NCBI GenBank assembly: GCA_964350645.1
Contig: CAYGJY010000002.1
Location: forward strand, 97,538-161,537
Length of the DNA stretch: 64,000 bases
From: an uncultured Candidatus Saccharibacteria bacterium
Lineage (GTDB): Bacteria; Patescibacteriota; Minisyncoccia; Phycocordibacterales; UBA918
Direction: 5' to 3'
Shown one piece after another: positions 1-9,323 of the stretch. The notes below the pieces were generated by a model. It was not told the origin of the DNA. It saw only the letters and a program-made list of their open reading frames with translations, and made no database searches. Made by a program: the position numbers and the translations under genes. Position 1 is the first letter of the stretch; each line of letters starts with the position of its first letter.

Positions 1-1
1 C

Positions 2-505
2 CTGATTGATCTTGGGGTTGACTCTCGGGTTATCGGCAGCACCTTTAACATTATTTTAGGGCAACGCTTAGTACGAAAACTCTGCCCAGACTGCAAAGTA
101 CCCCACACACCAACTCCGGCAGAAATAACCTTAATCAAAAATGTTTTAGCGGGCCATCCACACGCACCAACTTTTGCTGAGACTGATCAGATATATGAAC
201 CAGTTGGTTGTGAGGCATGCAACCACTCTGGGTATTCCGGTCGTCAAAGTATTGTTGAAGCAATCATGGTTGACGAAGCAGTTGAAGAAGCAGTGCTCCG
301 TGATCCGCGGGAGCATGTCATTATGGAAGCAGCCCGTCCCCAAGGTATTCCGACGATGGGTGAAGACGGCATCGACAAAGTACTCACTGGTATTACCTCA
401 CTTTCAGAACTACAACGCGTCGTCGACATTACTGACGTCCGCGGCGCTGCCCCAGCAAACGACGCCGGGTTAGCTGATACTGACTTCGCTGCACATATCG
501 TCTAA
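2..505 (+). CDS. Type II/IV secretion-family ATPase (PilB/GspE-like), C-terminal fragment running in from upstream of the window
   Basis: Frame 2 translation ...GQRLVRKLCPDCKVPH...CEACNHSGYSGRQSIVE...ELQRVV carries the C-terminal tetracysteine (CPDC...CEAC) zinc-binding motif typical of PilB/GspE ATPases. The ORF track shows only its tail (266..505). Confidence 0.7.
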   Translation: MIDLGVDSRVIGSTFNIILGQRLVRKLCPDCKVPHTPTPAEITLIKNVLAGHPHAPTFAETDQIYEPVGCEACNHSGYSGRQSIVEAIMVDEAVEEAVLRDPREHVIMEAARPQGIPTMGEDGIDKVLTGITSLSELQRVVDITDVRGAAPANDAGLADTDFAAHIV

Positions 506-511
506 GCACCA

Positions 512-548
512 AAAAGCGCGGCCTGTCGATAGACAGGCCGCGCTTTTT
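512..548 (+). terminator. Rho-independent terminator after the PilB-like gene
   Basis: Perfect inverted repeat gcgcggcctgtc-gata-gacaggccgcgc followed by ttttt. Confidence 0.7.
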
Positions 549-599
549 CCCTTCGGTCAAGAGTGTAAAAAATATTCTTGTGCTACACTCCGAGTACGT

Positions 600-795
600 T
601 GATCTTTGAGAGCTCCAGAGGATAATTCTCTAAGCAAGCTTTCCGCATAGAAAGTGAATGATACGCTAAGGAAATGCTACAGTGCTCTCACTCTAGGGTG
701 AGTACCACAACACCCTCGCAACATCACTCAGGTTGCTTAGAGAATTATCGTCTGGAGTGACACCAAAAAATTGGCACCGATACGGTGCTTTTTGG
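600..795 (+). ncRNA. Candidate structured small RNA (6S-like architecture), about 195 nt
   Basis: An extended -10 promoter (tgcTACACT, 585..593) lies upstream. A 23 nt segment at 611..633 (ccagaggataattctctaagcaa) is complementary, with one mismatch, to 734..756 (ttgcttagagaattatcgtctgg), enclosing about 100 nt. It ends with the hairpin gcaccg-ata-cggtgc plus ttttt at 773..793. No ORF of 60 aa or more covers it on the plus strand. Confidence 0.35.
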
Positions 796-1014
796 CTACC
801 CAAACTTTTATTTGATTGTAAGGAAGGTGCCAGTCAGTGACCGGCGGAACAAGTAATGACAAGATAGTAGCATAGATGAGATATTTGTCAAGTAAGTACC
901 TGCCTGCCACCCTATTATTATGAGCTTGTGCCAACATATGTCCTTGCCCTAAAGCATATCCTGGCCATCGCTACCACACTACTGAAGATTGACTGCCCCA
1001 CCCATTCGCAAAAT

Positions 1015-1023
1015 TGCTATACT
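1015..1023 (+). promoter_or_regulatory. Extended -10 promoter element (TGcTATACT) for ruvB, implying a leaderless or near-leaderless transcript
   Basis: TGnTATACT ends 7 nt before the ruvB ATG at 1030. No Shine-Dalgarno sequence is visible. Confidence 0.35.
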
Positions 1024-1029
1024 TAGATT

Positions 1030-2016
1030 ATGAGCGACACCTCTAAAAAAATCACCAAAGATCACGCTAGTAACCTTGACCAGACTCTCCGCCCCCAGAG
1101 CTGGGAGGAGTATGTCGGTCAGTCTAAGACTAAGGAAAACCTGCGGATTCTTTTAACTGCCGCGCGCGAGCGAGGGCACGCCGCTGAACACGTTCTTTTA
1201 TATGGGCCGCCTGGTTTAGGCAAAACCACACTGGCTCATTTGATCTCAAAAACCCTGGGGACCAACATGAAAACGACTTCCGGTCCGGCGATTGAACGCG
1301 TTGGCGACCTCGCTGCTATTCTCACCAACCTCTCTCCTGGGGATGTGCTGTTTATTGATGAGATTCATCGTCTCAGTAAAAGTATCGAAGAAGTCCTCTA
1401 TCCCGCCATGGAGTCGGGGGTGTTAGATATTATTATTGGTAAAGGCCCGTCAGCGCGCACCGTGCAACTTGAGTTGCCACCGTTTACCTTGGTAGCTGCT
1501 ACCACCCGGATTTCACTTTTATCTTCACCACTGCGTTCTCGTTTTTCCGGTGGAACCTTTCGCTTGGAGTTTTATTCGGAACCGGAAATCGCCCAAATCT
1601 TACAGCGCTCAGCCGGACTGCTCGACATGGCAATTGACGACTCAGTCTTGCATGACATTGCGTCGCGCTGCCGCGCGACGCCACGCACCGCCAACTACCT
1701 CCTCAAGCGCTGTCGTGATATGGCCCAACTCGAAAAAGATTCGCTTACCAAAGATGTCGTGCAACGCACCTTTGCTCTCTTAGAGATCGACACTCTTGGT
1801 CTGACTGCTCCCGACCGCGCCGTCCTTAAAGCTATTATTGGCAAGTTCAACGGCGGACCAGTTGGTTTAAATACTATCGCGGCCGCAACCGGCGAAGAGC
1901 AATCCACCATTGAAGACGTCATCGAGCCCTACCTCATCCGCCAAGGCCTCCTCGAACGCACCCCGCGGGGTCGGGTTGCTTCGGCTGACGCCTACTCACA
2001 TATTCAAAGTCTTTAA
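1030..2016 (+). CDS. ruvB: Holliday junction branch-migration helicase RuvB
   Basis: 328 aa; Walker [18 protein letters not shown], typical RuvB C-terminal winged-helix region. Confidence 0.95.
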   Translation: MSDTSKKITKDHASNLDQTLRPQSWEEYVGQSKTKENLRILLTAARERGHAAEHVLLYGPPGLGKTTLAHLISKTLGTNMKTTSGPAIERVGDLAAILTNLSPGDVLFIDEIHRLSKSIEEVLYPAMESGVLDIIIGKGPSARTVQLELPPFTLVAATTRISLLSSPLRSRFSGGTFRLEFYSEPEIAQILQRSAGLLDMAIDDSVLHDIASRCRATPRTANYLLKRCRDMAQLEKDSLTKDVVQRTFALLEIDTLGLTAPDRAVLKAIIGKFNGGPVGLNTIAAATGEEQSTIEDVIEPYLIRQGLLERTPRGRVASADAYSHIQSL

Positions 2017-2747
2017 TCCTCAGTCTGCTCCCACACTAGTTCCAAGAGGGTTCTCATTCCCTGAGCTACTTTTTCACTTTCAATTGACAACGCCATAGTC
2101 TCATCAGTTAATGACGTTATCAATGTAGTGCTGCCGATCACCTCTACATTGATCGGTATTTTTACTCCAGACAAAACTTTGGTGTGACGTCTATCACCAG
2201 CGTCTTTCTCTAGCCATTTTTTATTTCCAGGAGAATCTGTTAAGAGCACCCGCGCTTGCAGACCTTTACGTTCTCGTTTTTTAATATAAGCAGTGAGCCA
2301 CTCATCACCAAGCTTATCTGCAGTAGCGAGATCTGCAGTCCCAAGCGTATCTTCTTCGGCTGTCTTCAGTGCCGCCTCATACAACGACTGAATAGCCGGT
2401 AATGAATCTGCATAGGCCACTAGTGGTTTACCCGGAGATTGGGATGCCAATTTTTGCAATTCGGGAAAGGAATGTTCCAAGGCTGCTTCGCGTTCATTTT
2501 CGATCACTTTCAATTGATTGGGGTGAGCAAACACAAATCGTCGTTTCTTTCCCTTCAACGTCTCCTTTACTAATCCAAACTCAGTAAGCTCATCGAGTAC
2601 AGTGTATACGGTTGTGCGTTTAATCTTAGTTTTAATCGCCAACGCCTGCACAGAAGCAGTACCAAACTCTAATCCAGCCAAATACAACTCAGCTGCTTTA
2701 TCTGAAAGACCCAATTTTATGAGCATTTTTTGTAACTCCATTCCCAA
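2013..2747 (-). CDS. TrmB/MarR-like winged-helix transcriptional regulator
   Basis: 244 aa; N-terminal HTH ([49 protein letters not shown]) resembling TrmB-family sugar regulators. Its stop overlaps the ruvB stop by 4 bp. Confidence 0.5.
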   Translation of the reverse strand: MGMELQKMLIKLGLSDKAAELYLAGLEFGTASVQALAIKTKIKRTTVYTVLDELTEFGLVKETLKGKKRRFVFAHPNQLKVIENEREAALEHSFPELQKLASQSPGKPLVAYADSLPAIQSLYEAALKTAEEDTLGTADLATADKLGDEWLTAYIKKRERKGLQARVLLTDSPGNKKWLEKDAGDRRHTKVLSGVKIPINVEVIGSTTLITSLTDETMALSIESEKVAQGMRTLLELVWEQTED

Positions 2748-2915
2748 ACTATAGCAAAATGCTCTAAAATGTCGACACTTTTGACAAAATAATCTACACC
2801 ATACTATCCTTGTTTTTAAATATATTTTTTATATAAATTAAAAAATGGACGTATTTTTCGACAAAAATTTAAATGTCTTTACTATTAAGATCAGAGTTCT
2901 ATAACAACCTAGCTA

Positions 2916-3362
2916 ATGGAGGCTGCGATGACACGAATCGAAACCTGTGAAGAACGGAATGCGCGTGTAGGAAAAGAGGAGCAGCTGTCATGTCTGACAT
3001 TCGCTTTTACTTTTCTTGCGTCAGCATCATATGCCGTAGCAGTTTGGCAAGTCTATATACCGTACAACCAGGAGATCGCTTCAGCTCTTGATATTGATAG
3101 CGGGAATGAACTTTCTCTTGTCTCTTTAGTATTTGTGGGAATTATTGGGCTATATGGCATAGGCTTTTTTTCCGCTGCGTACGTTGGTGGCTGGTTTTAT
3201 ATAAACAAAATTTTGTTCCTGGCTATTGTGATTATTGCTGGTGCACTGGCTTTCCCTGCAGCAGCAATAACCGTAGCTGGGATTTTGGGTGCCCTGCTTG
3301 CAGCCCTGCTATTTGGCATTTTCCAGGCGGTATGTTGCATCAAAAACTGGTTCTGTGAGTAA
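2916..3362 (+). CDS. Small hydrophobic membrane protein (hypothetical)
   Basis: 148 aa with about 4 predicted TM helices. The likely true start is the ATG at 2928, preceded by aatGGAGG. Terminator hairpin at 3375..3410. Confidence 0.5.
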   Translation: MEAAMTRIETCEERNARVGKEEQLSCLTFAFTFLASASYAVAVWQVYIPYNQEIASALDIDSGNELSLVSLVFVGIIGLYGIGFFSAAYVGGWFYINKILFLAIVIIAGALAFPAAAITVAGILGALLAALLFGIFQAVCCIKNWFCE

Positions 3363-3374
3363 CATCAGTGCTGG

Positions 3375-3410
3375 GGCAGCACCATGGTGCTGCCCTTTTC
3401 TTTTTTTACA
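3375..3410 (+). terminator. Rho-independent terminator
   Basis: gggcagcacc-atg-gtgctgccc followed by ttttcttttttt. Confidence 0.65.
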
Positions 3411-3596
3411 TGAAGTGGCGATGCTCTATCAACTATGTCAGCACACAATAAGTGGGGCGAAGTTAAACACAAAAAACCCTCCTCCGACGCAATGCGCCGG
3501 GGAGAATTTTAGATACCGACTTGAATATGCAAAGTCTCTAATATTTAAAATAATTAAAGCCCGCGGGGAAGTTTGTGATCACGCTGGATCACTCTC

Positions 3597-3652
3597 CTTC
3601 TCCGCGGGGTCGCGTTGCCAGCGCCGACGCCTACTCACACATACAGAAACTA
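3597..3652 (+). pseudogene. Orphan 3'-end fragment of a ruvB homolog (encodes ...[17 protein letters not shown]), GC-rich
   Basis: Directly after an in-frame TAA, the frame reads [33 protein letters not shown]. The last 16 residues match the native RuvB C-terminus ([18 protein letters not shown]) at 15/16, with almost exclusively synonymous, GC-raising third-position differences. It sits 1.6 kb downstream of the intact ruvB. Confidence 0.6.
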
Positions 3653-3699
3653 TAAATAAATGATGCCCGGCGCGAACAGGTCGCGCCGGACAGGTCCGG

Positions 3700-3880
3700 T
3701 CAGAGACGGGACGAACGGATCTGGGGCACCGGCTCCCCGGTGACCAGATCGCGACCGGTGTTGATGGTGACGGTTCCGTCGTCGTTGAACTTCTTGATCG
3801 GCCCTTGCGCTGAAGCGTGATCTCCCGCCAGGGGTATCGTCGCATACTGCTGCTGGTCCGGTTTGATTGGCTCAGTCATC
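3700..3880 (-). CDS. Small GC-rich ORF (59 aa, hypothetical) inside the GC-rich patch
   Basis: Minus-strand ATG with upstream gggagaagaag RBS. Translation: MTEPIKPDQQQYATIPLAGDHASAQGPIKKFNDDGTVTINTGRDLVTGEPVPQIRSSRL. GC3-rich codons. Below the 60 aa ORF-track cutoff. Confidence 0.35.
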
Positions 3881-3951
3881 TTCTTCTCCCTAGCTTGCCT
3901 CTATGGCACAATTAGTTAATACTATTCTGACTAATAAATCAATGGAAAACT

Positions 3952-4491
3952 ATGTCTGGACATAATAAATGGAGTAAAATTAAGCACAAAAAGGCGGCCA
4001 CTGACGCGCAGAAGAGTAAGATTTTCAGCAAGCACGCCTCACTGATCGCCATGGAATCCCGCAAGGCCAACGGGGATGTGAACTCTCCCGGGCTAGCGGC
4101 GGCGATTGATCGGGCGAAGAAAGACTCGATGCCAAAAGATAATATTGATCGGGCGGTGACGAAAGGGAGCGGCGCCTCCGGCGCCGCTCTCGAAGAAGTT
4201 ATGTACGAAGGCTATGGTCCTGGTGGCGTGGCGATGTTGATCGAAGCAGTGACCGATAACAACAACCGCACAGCTCCAGAAATCCGCCACATCTTTACTA
4301 AAGCCGGCCTGGAGCTGGGTACGCCCGGCTCTGCTGCGTGGGCCTTTTCTAAAACTGCCGATGGCTACGTCCCACAAAATCCAATGGAACTTGATGACGC
4401 CACGGGTGAGAAACTGGCTGACTTGATTGAAAAACTTGAAGAAAGTGAGGACGTGACCAACGTCTACACCGCCGCTGACACTCCTGAGTAA
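3952..4491 (+). CDS. yebC: YebC/PmpR-family transcriptional regulator (short form, 179 aa)
   Basis: N-terminus MSGHNKWSKIKHKKAATDAQKSKIFSK and ...YEGYGPGGVAMLIEAVTDNNNRTAPEIRHIFTKAGLELGTPGS match YebC, but the protein is about 60-70 aa shorter than canonical YebC (middle domain missing). Confidence 0.75.
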   Translation: MSGHNKWSKIKHKKAATDAQKSKIFSKHASLIAMESRKANGDVNSPGLAAAIDRAKKDSMPKDNIDRAVTKGSGASGAALEEVMYEGYGPGGVAMLIEAVTDNNNRTAPEIRHIFTKAGLELGTPGSAAWAFSKTADGYVPQNPMELDDATGEKLADLIEKLEESEDVTNVYTAADTPE

Positions 4492-4551
4492 TGTGGGACC
4501 ACATTACCACTAGACAGGCCGCTTCCGTGAAGCAGCCTTTCTTAGTACTAT

Positions 4552-5028
4552 GTGGTTATGCGTGTATTAGCAATTGACCCTGGATACGACCGACTCGGCG
4601 TGGCCGTCATGGAACATGACGGCCAGCGTGAAGTATTAGTGCATTCGGGTTGCATCGCTACTGACAAGACAGCCCCACTACCTGACCGACTATATGATCT
4701 GGGACAACAACTTGAGACCCTTTTTACTACGTACTCCCCCACCTGCGTTGCTGTTGAGACCCTCTTTTTTAATAAAAATGTGACCACTGCCCTTGGGGTA
4801 GCCCATGCACGGGGAATTATTATTTTTCTTGCCAAGCAAGCCAAGGCTGAGGTACGTGAATTTGGCCCCCAGGAAATAAAAGTAGCTGTAACGGGTTACG
4901 GGAAGAGTGACAAGGCAGCGGTAATCGATATGGTGAAGCGCTTAGTTCCAACTGCCCCCAACACCGCTCTTGATGACGAATACGACGCCATTGCTGTCGG
5001 CATCACGGCCCTTGCACATCATCGGTAA
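4552..5028 (+). CDS. ruvC: Crossover junction endodeoxyribonuclease RuvC
   Basis: 158 aa; RVLAIDPGYDRLGVAV..., catalytic acidic residues, C-terminal DDEYDAIAVGITA. Confidence 0.85.
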   Translation: MVMRVLAIDPGYDRLGVAVMEHDGQREVLVHSGCIATDKTAPLPDRLYDLGQQLETLFTTYSPTCVAVETLFFNKNVTTALGVAHARGIIIFLAKQAKAEVREFGPQEIKVAVTGYGKSDKAAVIDMVKRLVPTAPNTALDDEYDAIAVGITALAHHR

Positions 5029-5122
5029 GTAGCTATAATCTTGTCTCGTGCATAGCGCTAGTTGCTAATGTTTGCACTCTTTGATACAAAATTAGTACTA
5101 ACTTATTTAAATGTAAATCCGT

Positions 5123-5395
5123 ATGATCTTTTTTGCACACCTTCGGGACGATGACGAAGAACTTGAAGAAACTGAGGACACAGATGCCAGTCTTGATGAC
5201 GCTGTATTAGAGGAACTAGGTACTGATGACGATGAAGATGACACAACAGAAACAGAAGGCTTCGGACTAATTGATGAAACTGGTGAGGAAGAGGAAGAAG
5301 AAGAAAAAGATGACGAGGAAGATGAAGACGCTGCCCTTGAAGACGATGCTGAGGATGTCGACTACGATACCTTTGATGACATTGATGAAATGTAA
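5123..5395 (+). CDS. Extremely acidic small protein (about 55% D/E), hypothetical
   Basis: 90 aa, e.g. DDDEELEETEDTDASLDDAVLEELGTDDDEDDTTETEGFGLIDETGEEEEEEEKDDEEDEDAALEDDAEDVDYDTFDDIDEM. No clear RBS (possibly leaderless). Followed by a strong terminator. Confidence 0.4.
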   Translation: MIFFAHLRDDDEELEETEDTDASLDDAVLEELGTDDDEDDTTETEGFGLIDETGEEEEEEEKDDEEDEDAALEDDAEDVDYDTFDDIDEM

Positions 5396-5404
5396 GTTTG
5401 GAAA

Positions 5405-5452
5405 AACAAGAAAAGCAGCGGGGCCTTCGGCCCCGCTGCTTTTCTTGTTTTA
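5405..5452. terminator. Bidirectional terminator between the acidic-protein gene and tyrS
   Basis: aaaagcagcggggcc-ttcg-gccccgctgctttt, a perfect 15 bp stem flanked by T/A runs on both strands. Confidence 0.7.
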
Positions 5453-5459
5453 CGACCCC

Positions 5460-6704
5460 TTACGCCAGCACTAACACACAATACTGCTTCTTACCTCGAC
5501 GAAGTAAAGCGATACCAGCCTGCAAATTAACCTCACTAAACGTCATGTCAGTCTCAACTACCTTCTCTCCATTAAGGGATACTGCACCACTTTCAATAAA
5601 CGTTCGCGCTTCACGCTTACTCGAAGCCAAGCCACTTACAACCAGCACGTCCACTAACTGACCCCCTGCAGTAACCGGGCAGTGTGGTGCATTTTCAATC
5701 AAAATAGCTCGGGCTTCGTCTGAAATATCAACAATCGAAGAATCACCAAACAACACTTCGGTCACTGAAGTAACTAACTCAAGTTGCTCAGCCCCATGAA
5801 CAAAAGTAGTCACCTCATCAGCCAAACGCTTCTGTGCAACACGGGCACCCGGGTTAGCTGCAAAATCAGTTTCAATATGATCAATTTCTTCAAGTGATAC
5901 AAAAGTGAAACGTTTTAAAAAATCTATGACGTTTTCATCGGCCGTATTCAACCAAAATTGGTAAAACTGGTACGGACTCGTCTTGGTGGCATCGAGCCAA
6001 ACAGCGTTTCCTTCACTCTTGCCAAATTTCTTTCCAGTCGTTTTATCAATCACGAGCGCTTGCGTGAGGGCGTAGACTGTCTTTTGTTCAACACGCCGAA
6101 TAAGGTCAACTCCAGCAACAATATTTGCCCATTGATCTGAACCCCCTGTCTGAAGGTCACAGCCATACTGGCGGTGCAACATGAGGTAGTCATAGGCTTG
6201 CAATAATGGGTACGCAAACTCAGTGTATGAAATACCCACCTCCGATTCCATTCGGCGAGAAATGGCGTCTTTTTTAATAAGTTCGTTGATAGTGAAATGT
6301 TTTCCAATATCACGTAAGAAATCTATCAAGCCCACCTGTCCAAGCCAATCATTATTGTTTACAAACTCAATATCTGCTGAACCAAGTAGATGCTCCGCTT
6401 GGGCTTTTAGCTTCGTTACATTAACATCAATCACATCAGTCGCAGTTAGTGTACGCTCAGCATCGGGTTTTGGATCGCCAATCCGGCCAGTGCCACCACC
6501 AACCAAAAAAATTATTTTATGGCCGGCATTTGCGAGGTGTCGTAGTAAAATCCATTGTACGAAATTTCCCGCATGTGCTGAGTCTGCACTTGGATCTATC
6601 CCGTGATACACCACCCGTTTATCACCATCAATGATGGCCTCAATACTCTCTCCTGCAATCTGGTTAACGAAGCCTCGTGCTTGTAATTCTTCACTTAGTT
6701 TCAT
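5460..6704 (-). CDS. tyrS: Tyrosine--tRNA ligase
   Basis: 414 aa; class I motifs (HIGH-like AHAGN, KMSKS-like KFGKS), C-terminal S4-like domain. Confidence 0.9.
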   Translation of the reverse strand: MKLSEELQARGFVNQIAGESIEAIIDGDKRVVYHGIDPSADSAHAGNFVQWILLRHLANAGHKIIFLVGGGTGRIGDPKPDAERTLTATDVIDVNVTKLKAQAEHLLGSADIEFVNNNDWLGQVGLIDFLRDIGKHFTINELIKKDAISRRMESEVGISYTEFAYPLLQAYDYLMLHRQYGCDLQTGGSDQWANIVAGVDLIRRVEQKTVYALTQALVIDKTTGKKFGKSEGNAVWLDATKTSPYQFYQFWLNTADENVIDFLKRFTFVSLEEIDHIETDFAANPGARVAQKRLADEVTTFVHGAEQLELVTSVTEVLFGDSSIVDISDEARAILIENAPHCPVTAGGQLVDVLVVSGLASSKREARTFIESGAVSLNGEKVVETDMTFSEVNLQAGIALLRRGKKQYCVLVLA

Positions 6705-6779
6705 ATCGAAATAACTCTACCACACATGCGTAGAACCGAAATATAGACAAACAGTGGTAGAATTGCCATATATAGCTGC

Positions 6780-8990
6780 ATGAAACATAAAACCAAACTA
6801 AAAAAATGGCTCCGTCGCCACTATAAAGACATCTTAATTGACGGCTTTTTAGCTCTATTTGTGATTGGTTTGGTAGTTGCTAGTGGTTTATTTCTCTGGA
6901 TCTCATCTTTAGACATTCCTGATTTATCAGCTTTTGAAGAACGGCGAATTCTCCAATCAACCAAAATCTACGACCGCACGGGTGAGATTTTGCTCTATGA
7001 CCTCCATGAGGACGTCCGACGCACTATTATTCCTTATGAGGATATTAGTCGTAACATTAAAAATGCCACAGTAGCAATTGAGGATGATACTTTTTTTGAA
7101 CACATGGGTGTCCGACCGCTCGCAATTCTACGAGCAGCGTTAGCAAACCTACAAGGGGGTGATCTTCTTGGGGGCCAAGGTGGCTCTACCATCACTCAAC
7201 AAGTAGTTAAGAACTCAATCCTACAACGGGAAAAAACACTTACGCGAAAAGTAAAAGAAGCGATTTTATCAGTGCGTTTAGAGCAAGAACTCACTAAAGA
7301 AGAAATCTTGGGACACTACCTCAACGAATCCCCCTACGGCGGCACTATCTATGGGGTTGAAGAAGCAGCTCAAACTTTTTTTGGCAAATCAGCTACTGAT
7401 GTAACAATGGCTGAAGCCGCGTACCTGGCGGCTTTACCACAATCACCAACACGCTTTTCCCCCTATGGTAACAACGTAGACTTACTCAATGCTCGGCAAA
7501 AGCTCGTCCTTGAGCGGATGCTTGTGAATAATTTTATTAACCAGGAAGAGTATGAAGCTGCCCTTGCTGAAGAAGTAGTCTTTCAACCCCAGGCAGTTAG
7601 TGGTATCCGGGCTCCTCATTTTGTATTTTATGTCCGTGAACAACTTATTGAAAAATATGGCGAAGAAGCTATAGCCGAACGAGGTTTACGGGTTATTTCT
7701 ACCCTTGACTACGAACTCCAAGCTGAAGCAGAACGTATTGTGAAAGAACGAGCAACGTTTAATACTGAAACCTACAACGCTAGCAACGCTGGCTTAGTAG
7801 CTATTGACCCCCAAACCGGTGATGTTTTAGTGATGGTTGGTTCGCGTGATTATTTTGACGAAGAAATTGATGGTAATTTCAACATCACGCTTGCTTCCCG
7901 CCAACCAGGGTCTTCAATCAAACCGATGGTGTACGCTTCAGCTTTTACCAAGGGCTACACCCCAGAAACAATTGTTTATGACGTAAGAACACAGTTCAGC
8001 ACAGCATGTGAACCATGGGAACTTAGTTCTCAATCCCCTTGCTACTCACCAAACAACTACAATAATAAATTTAAAGGCCCCATTACACTCCGCAACGCCC
8101 TTGCACAATCACTTAATATTCCAGCCGTTAAGGTTTTGTACCTAACGAGTTTGCGTGATGCCATCAAACTAACGGGTGACCTTGGTATTACCACGTTAAA
8201 TGATCCAGATCGACTTGGTCTTACCTTAGTACTCGGGGGTGGTGAAGTGAAACTACTCGAACATACTGGTGCTTATGGTGTGTTTGCTAACGAAGGAGTC
8301 CGGGCTGAGCGACGAAGCATTCTTCGAATTGAAGACGCTAAAGGTAATATCCTCGAAGAACCTGAAGTAATTGAAAATCGTGTATTAGATCGTGATGTCG
8401 CCCTCATGATCACTGACATCCTGTCTGACAACGTCGCTCGTACTCCGTTATGGGGAGCTAATTCATTAGTTAATTTCCCTAACCGAGACGTAGCTGCTAA
8501 ATCTGGTAGTACTAATGACCTGCGCGACGCTTGGATTATGGGTTACGCGCCCAACCTAGCTGTCGGTGCCTGGGTAGGTAACAACGACAATAGCCGTATG
8601 GGTGGCGGGCTCTCTGGTTTAATCACAACCCCAATGTGGCGTGAATTTATGGACTTTGCATTAACTAAAATTGAAGTGGAAAATTTTGCTGAAGCACCGG
8701 CAATTGATCAATCAATCAAACCGATCCTACGAGGACAAGTATTTGACACTAGTCGGTTAGTCGAGGAGATGCTCTCTGGCAGCACCACAGCCGATCTAGC
8801 AGGATTAAAAGACAACGTGCATTCTATCCTCTACTACGTCAACAAAAGTACTCCTCGTGGTCCATATCCAAGCAACCCAGAGCAAGATGGGCAATATGAA
8901 AACTGGGAGTATGCTGTTTCAAAATGGAAAGATGAAGAATTTGGAACCCTTCTGCAAGGAATTAATATACCTGGTAGCACTACCCCATAA
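6780..8990 (+). CDS. Class A penicillin-binding protein (bifunctional glycosyltransferase/transpeptidase, PBP1A-type)
   Basis: 736 aa; N-terminal TM. GT51 motifs EDDTFFEHMG, GGSTITQQ, RKVKE. Transpeptidase SSIKP, SLN, KSGST. Confidence 0.9.
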   Translation: MKHKTKLKKWLRRHYKDILIDGFLALFVIGLVVASGLFLWISSLDIPDLSAFEERRILQSTKIYDRTGEILLYDLHEDVRRTIIPYEDISRNIKNATVAIEDDTFFEHMGVRPLAILRAALANLQGGDLLGGQGGSTITQQVVKNSILQREKTLTRKVKEAILSVRLEQELTKEEILGHYLNESPYGGTIYGVEEAAQTFFGKSATDVTMAEAAYLAALPQSPTRFSPYGNNVDLLNARQKLVLERMLVNNFINQEEYEAALAEEVVFQPQAVSGIRAPHFVFYVREQLIEKYGEEAIAERGLRVISTLDYELQAEAERIVKERATFNTETYNASNAGLVAIDPQTGDVLVMVGSRDYFDEEIDGNFNITLASRQPGSSIKPMVYASAFTKGYTPETIVYDVRTQFSTACEPWELSSQSPCYSPNNYNNKFKGPITLRNALAQSLNIPAVKVLYLTSLRDAIKLTGDLGITTLNDPDRLGLTLVLGGGEVKLLEHTGAYGVFANEGVRAERRSILRIEDAKGNILEEPEVIENRVLDRDVALMITDILSDNVARTPLWGANSLVNFPNRDVAAKSGSTNDLRDAWIMGYAPNLAVGAWVGNNDNSRMGGGLSGLITTPMWREFMDFALTKIEVENFAEAPAIDQSIKPILRGQVFDTSRLVEEMLSGSTTADLAGLKDNVHSILYYVNKSTPRGPYPSNPEQDGQYENWEYAVSKWKDEEFGTLLQGINIPGSTTP

Positions 8991-8991
8991 A

Positions 8992-9279
8992 CTACAGTAT
9001 CTCTTTAGGGGCACTCTGTTCACCTAAGCGACCTTTGAGGTGGGTAAGAATTTCTTCTTTATTAAGAGTTATTTCACTTTTTAACGGACCACCACCCTGA
9101 ACCACTAATGTACGCGAACTGGTTGAATAACGAATTGCCTCTTTTTTGATAGTAATACCTAAGACGTCATAGACAACCTCAATAAAAGCGGTAATAACAC
9201 TACCCTGAGGTGCTTTTAGAGTATGTTTATATTTATCAAATAATGAGTTGAGTTTTTTGATTCCTTCACCACGAGACAT
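8992..9279 (-). CDS. DUF721-like small protein downstream of dnaN (hypothetical)
   Basis: 95 aa. Position after dnaA-dnaN and the sequence (FIEVVYDVLGITIKKEAIRYSTSSRTLVVQGGGPLKSEI) are consistent with DUF721, commonly found after dnaN/recF. Confidence 0.4.
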   Translation of the reverse strand: MSRGEGIKKLNSLFDKYKHTLKAPQGSVITAFIEVVYDVLGITIKKEAIRYSTSSRTLVVQGGGPLKSEITLNKEEILTHLKGRLGEQSAPKEIL

Positions 9280-9323
9280 ACGAGTAATTTATTTTAAATG
9301 AATAAATAATTACTTATGAGTGA

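Noticed and set aside
3289-3663. 124 aa ORF from the track
   Set aside because: It spans a terminator, has no RBS, and its 3' end is an out-of-frame read-through of the ruvB-like fragment. Judged spurious.
5271-5474. Lys-rich 67 aa ORF
   Set aside because: This is the +1 frame of the acidic-protein gene (GAA/GAT repeats read as AAG/AAA) and runs into the terminator hairpin. Likely an artefact, though which frame is real needs conservation data.
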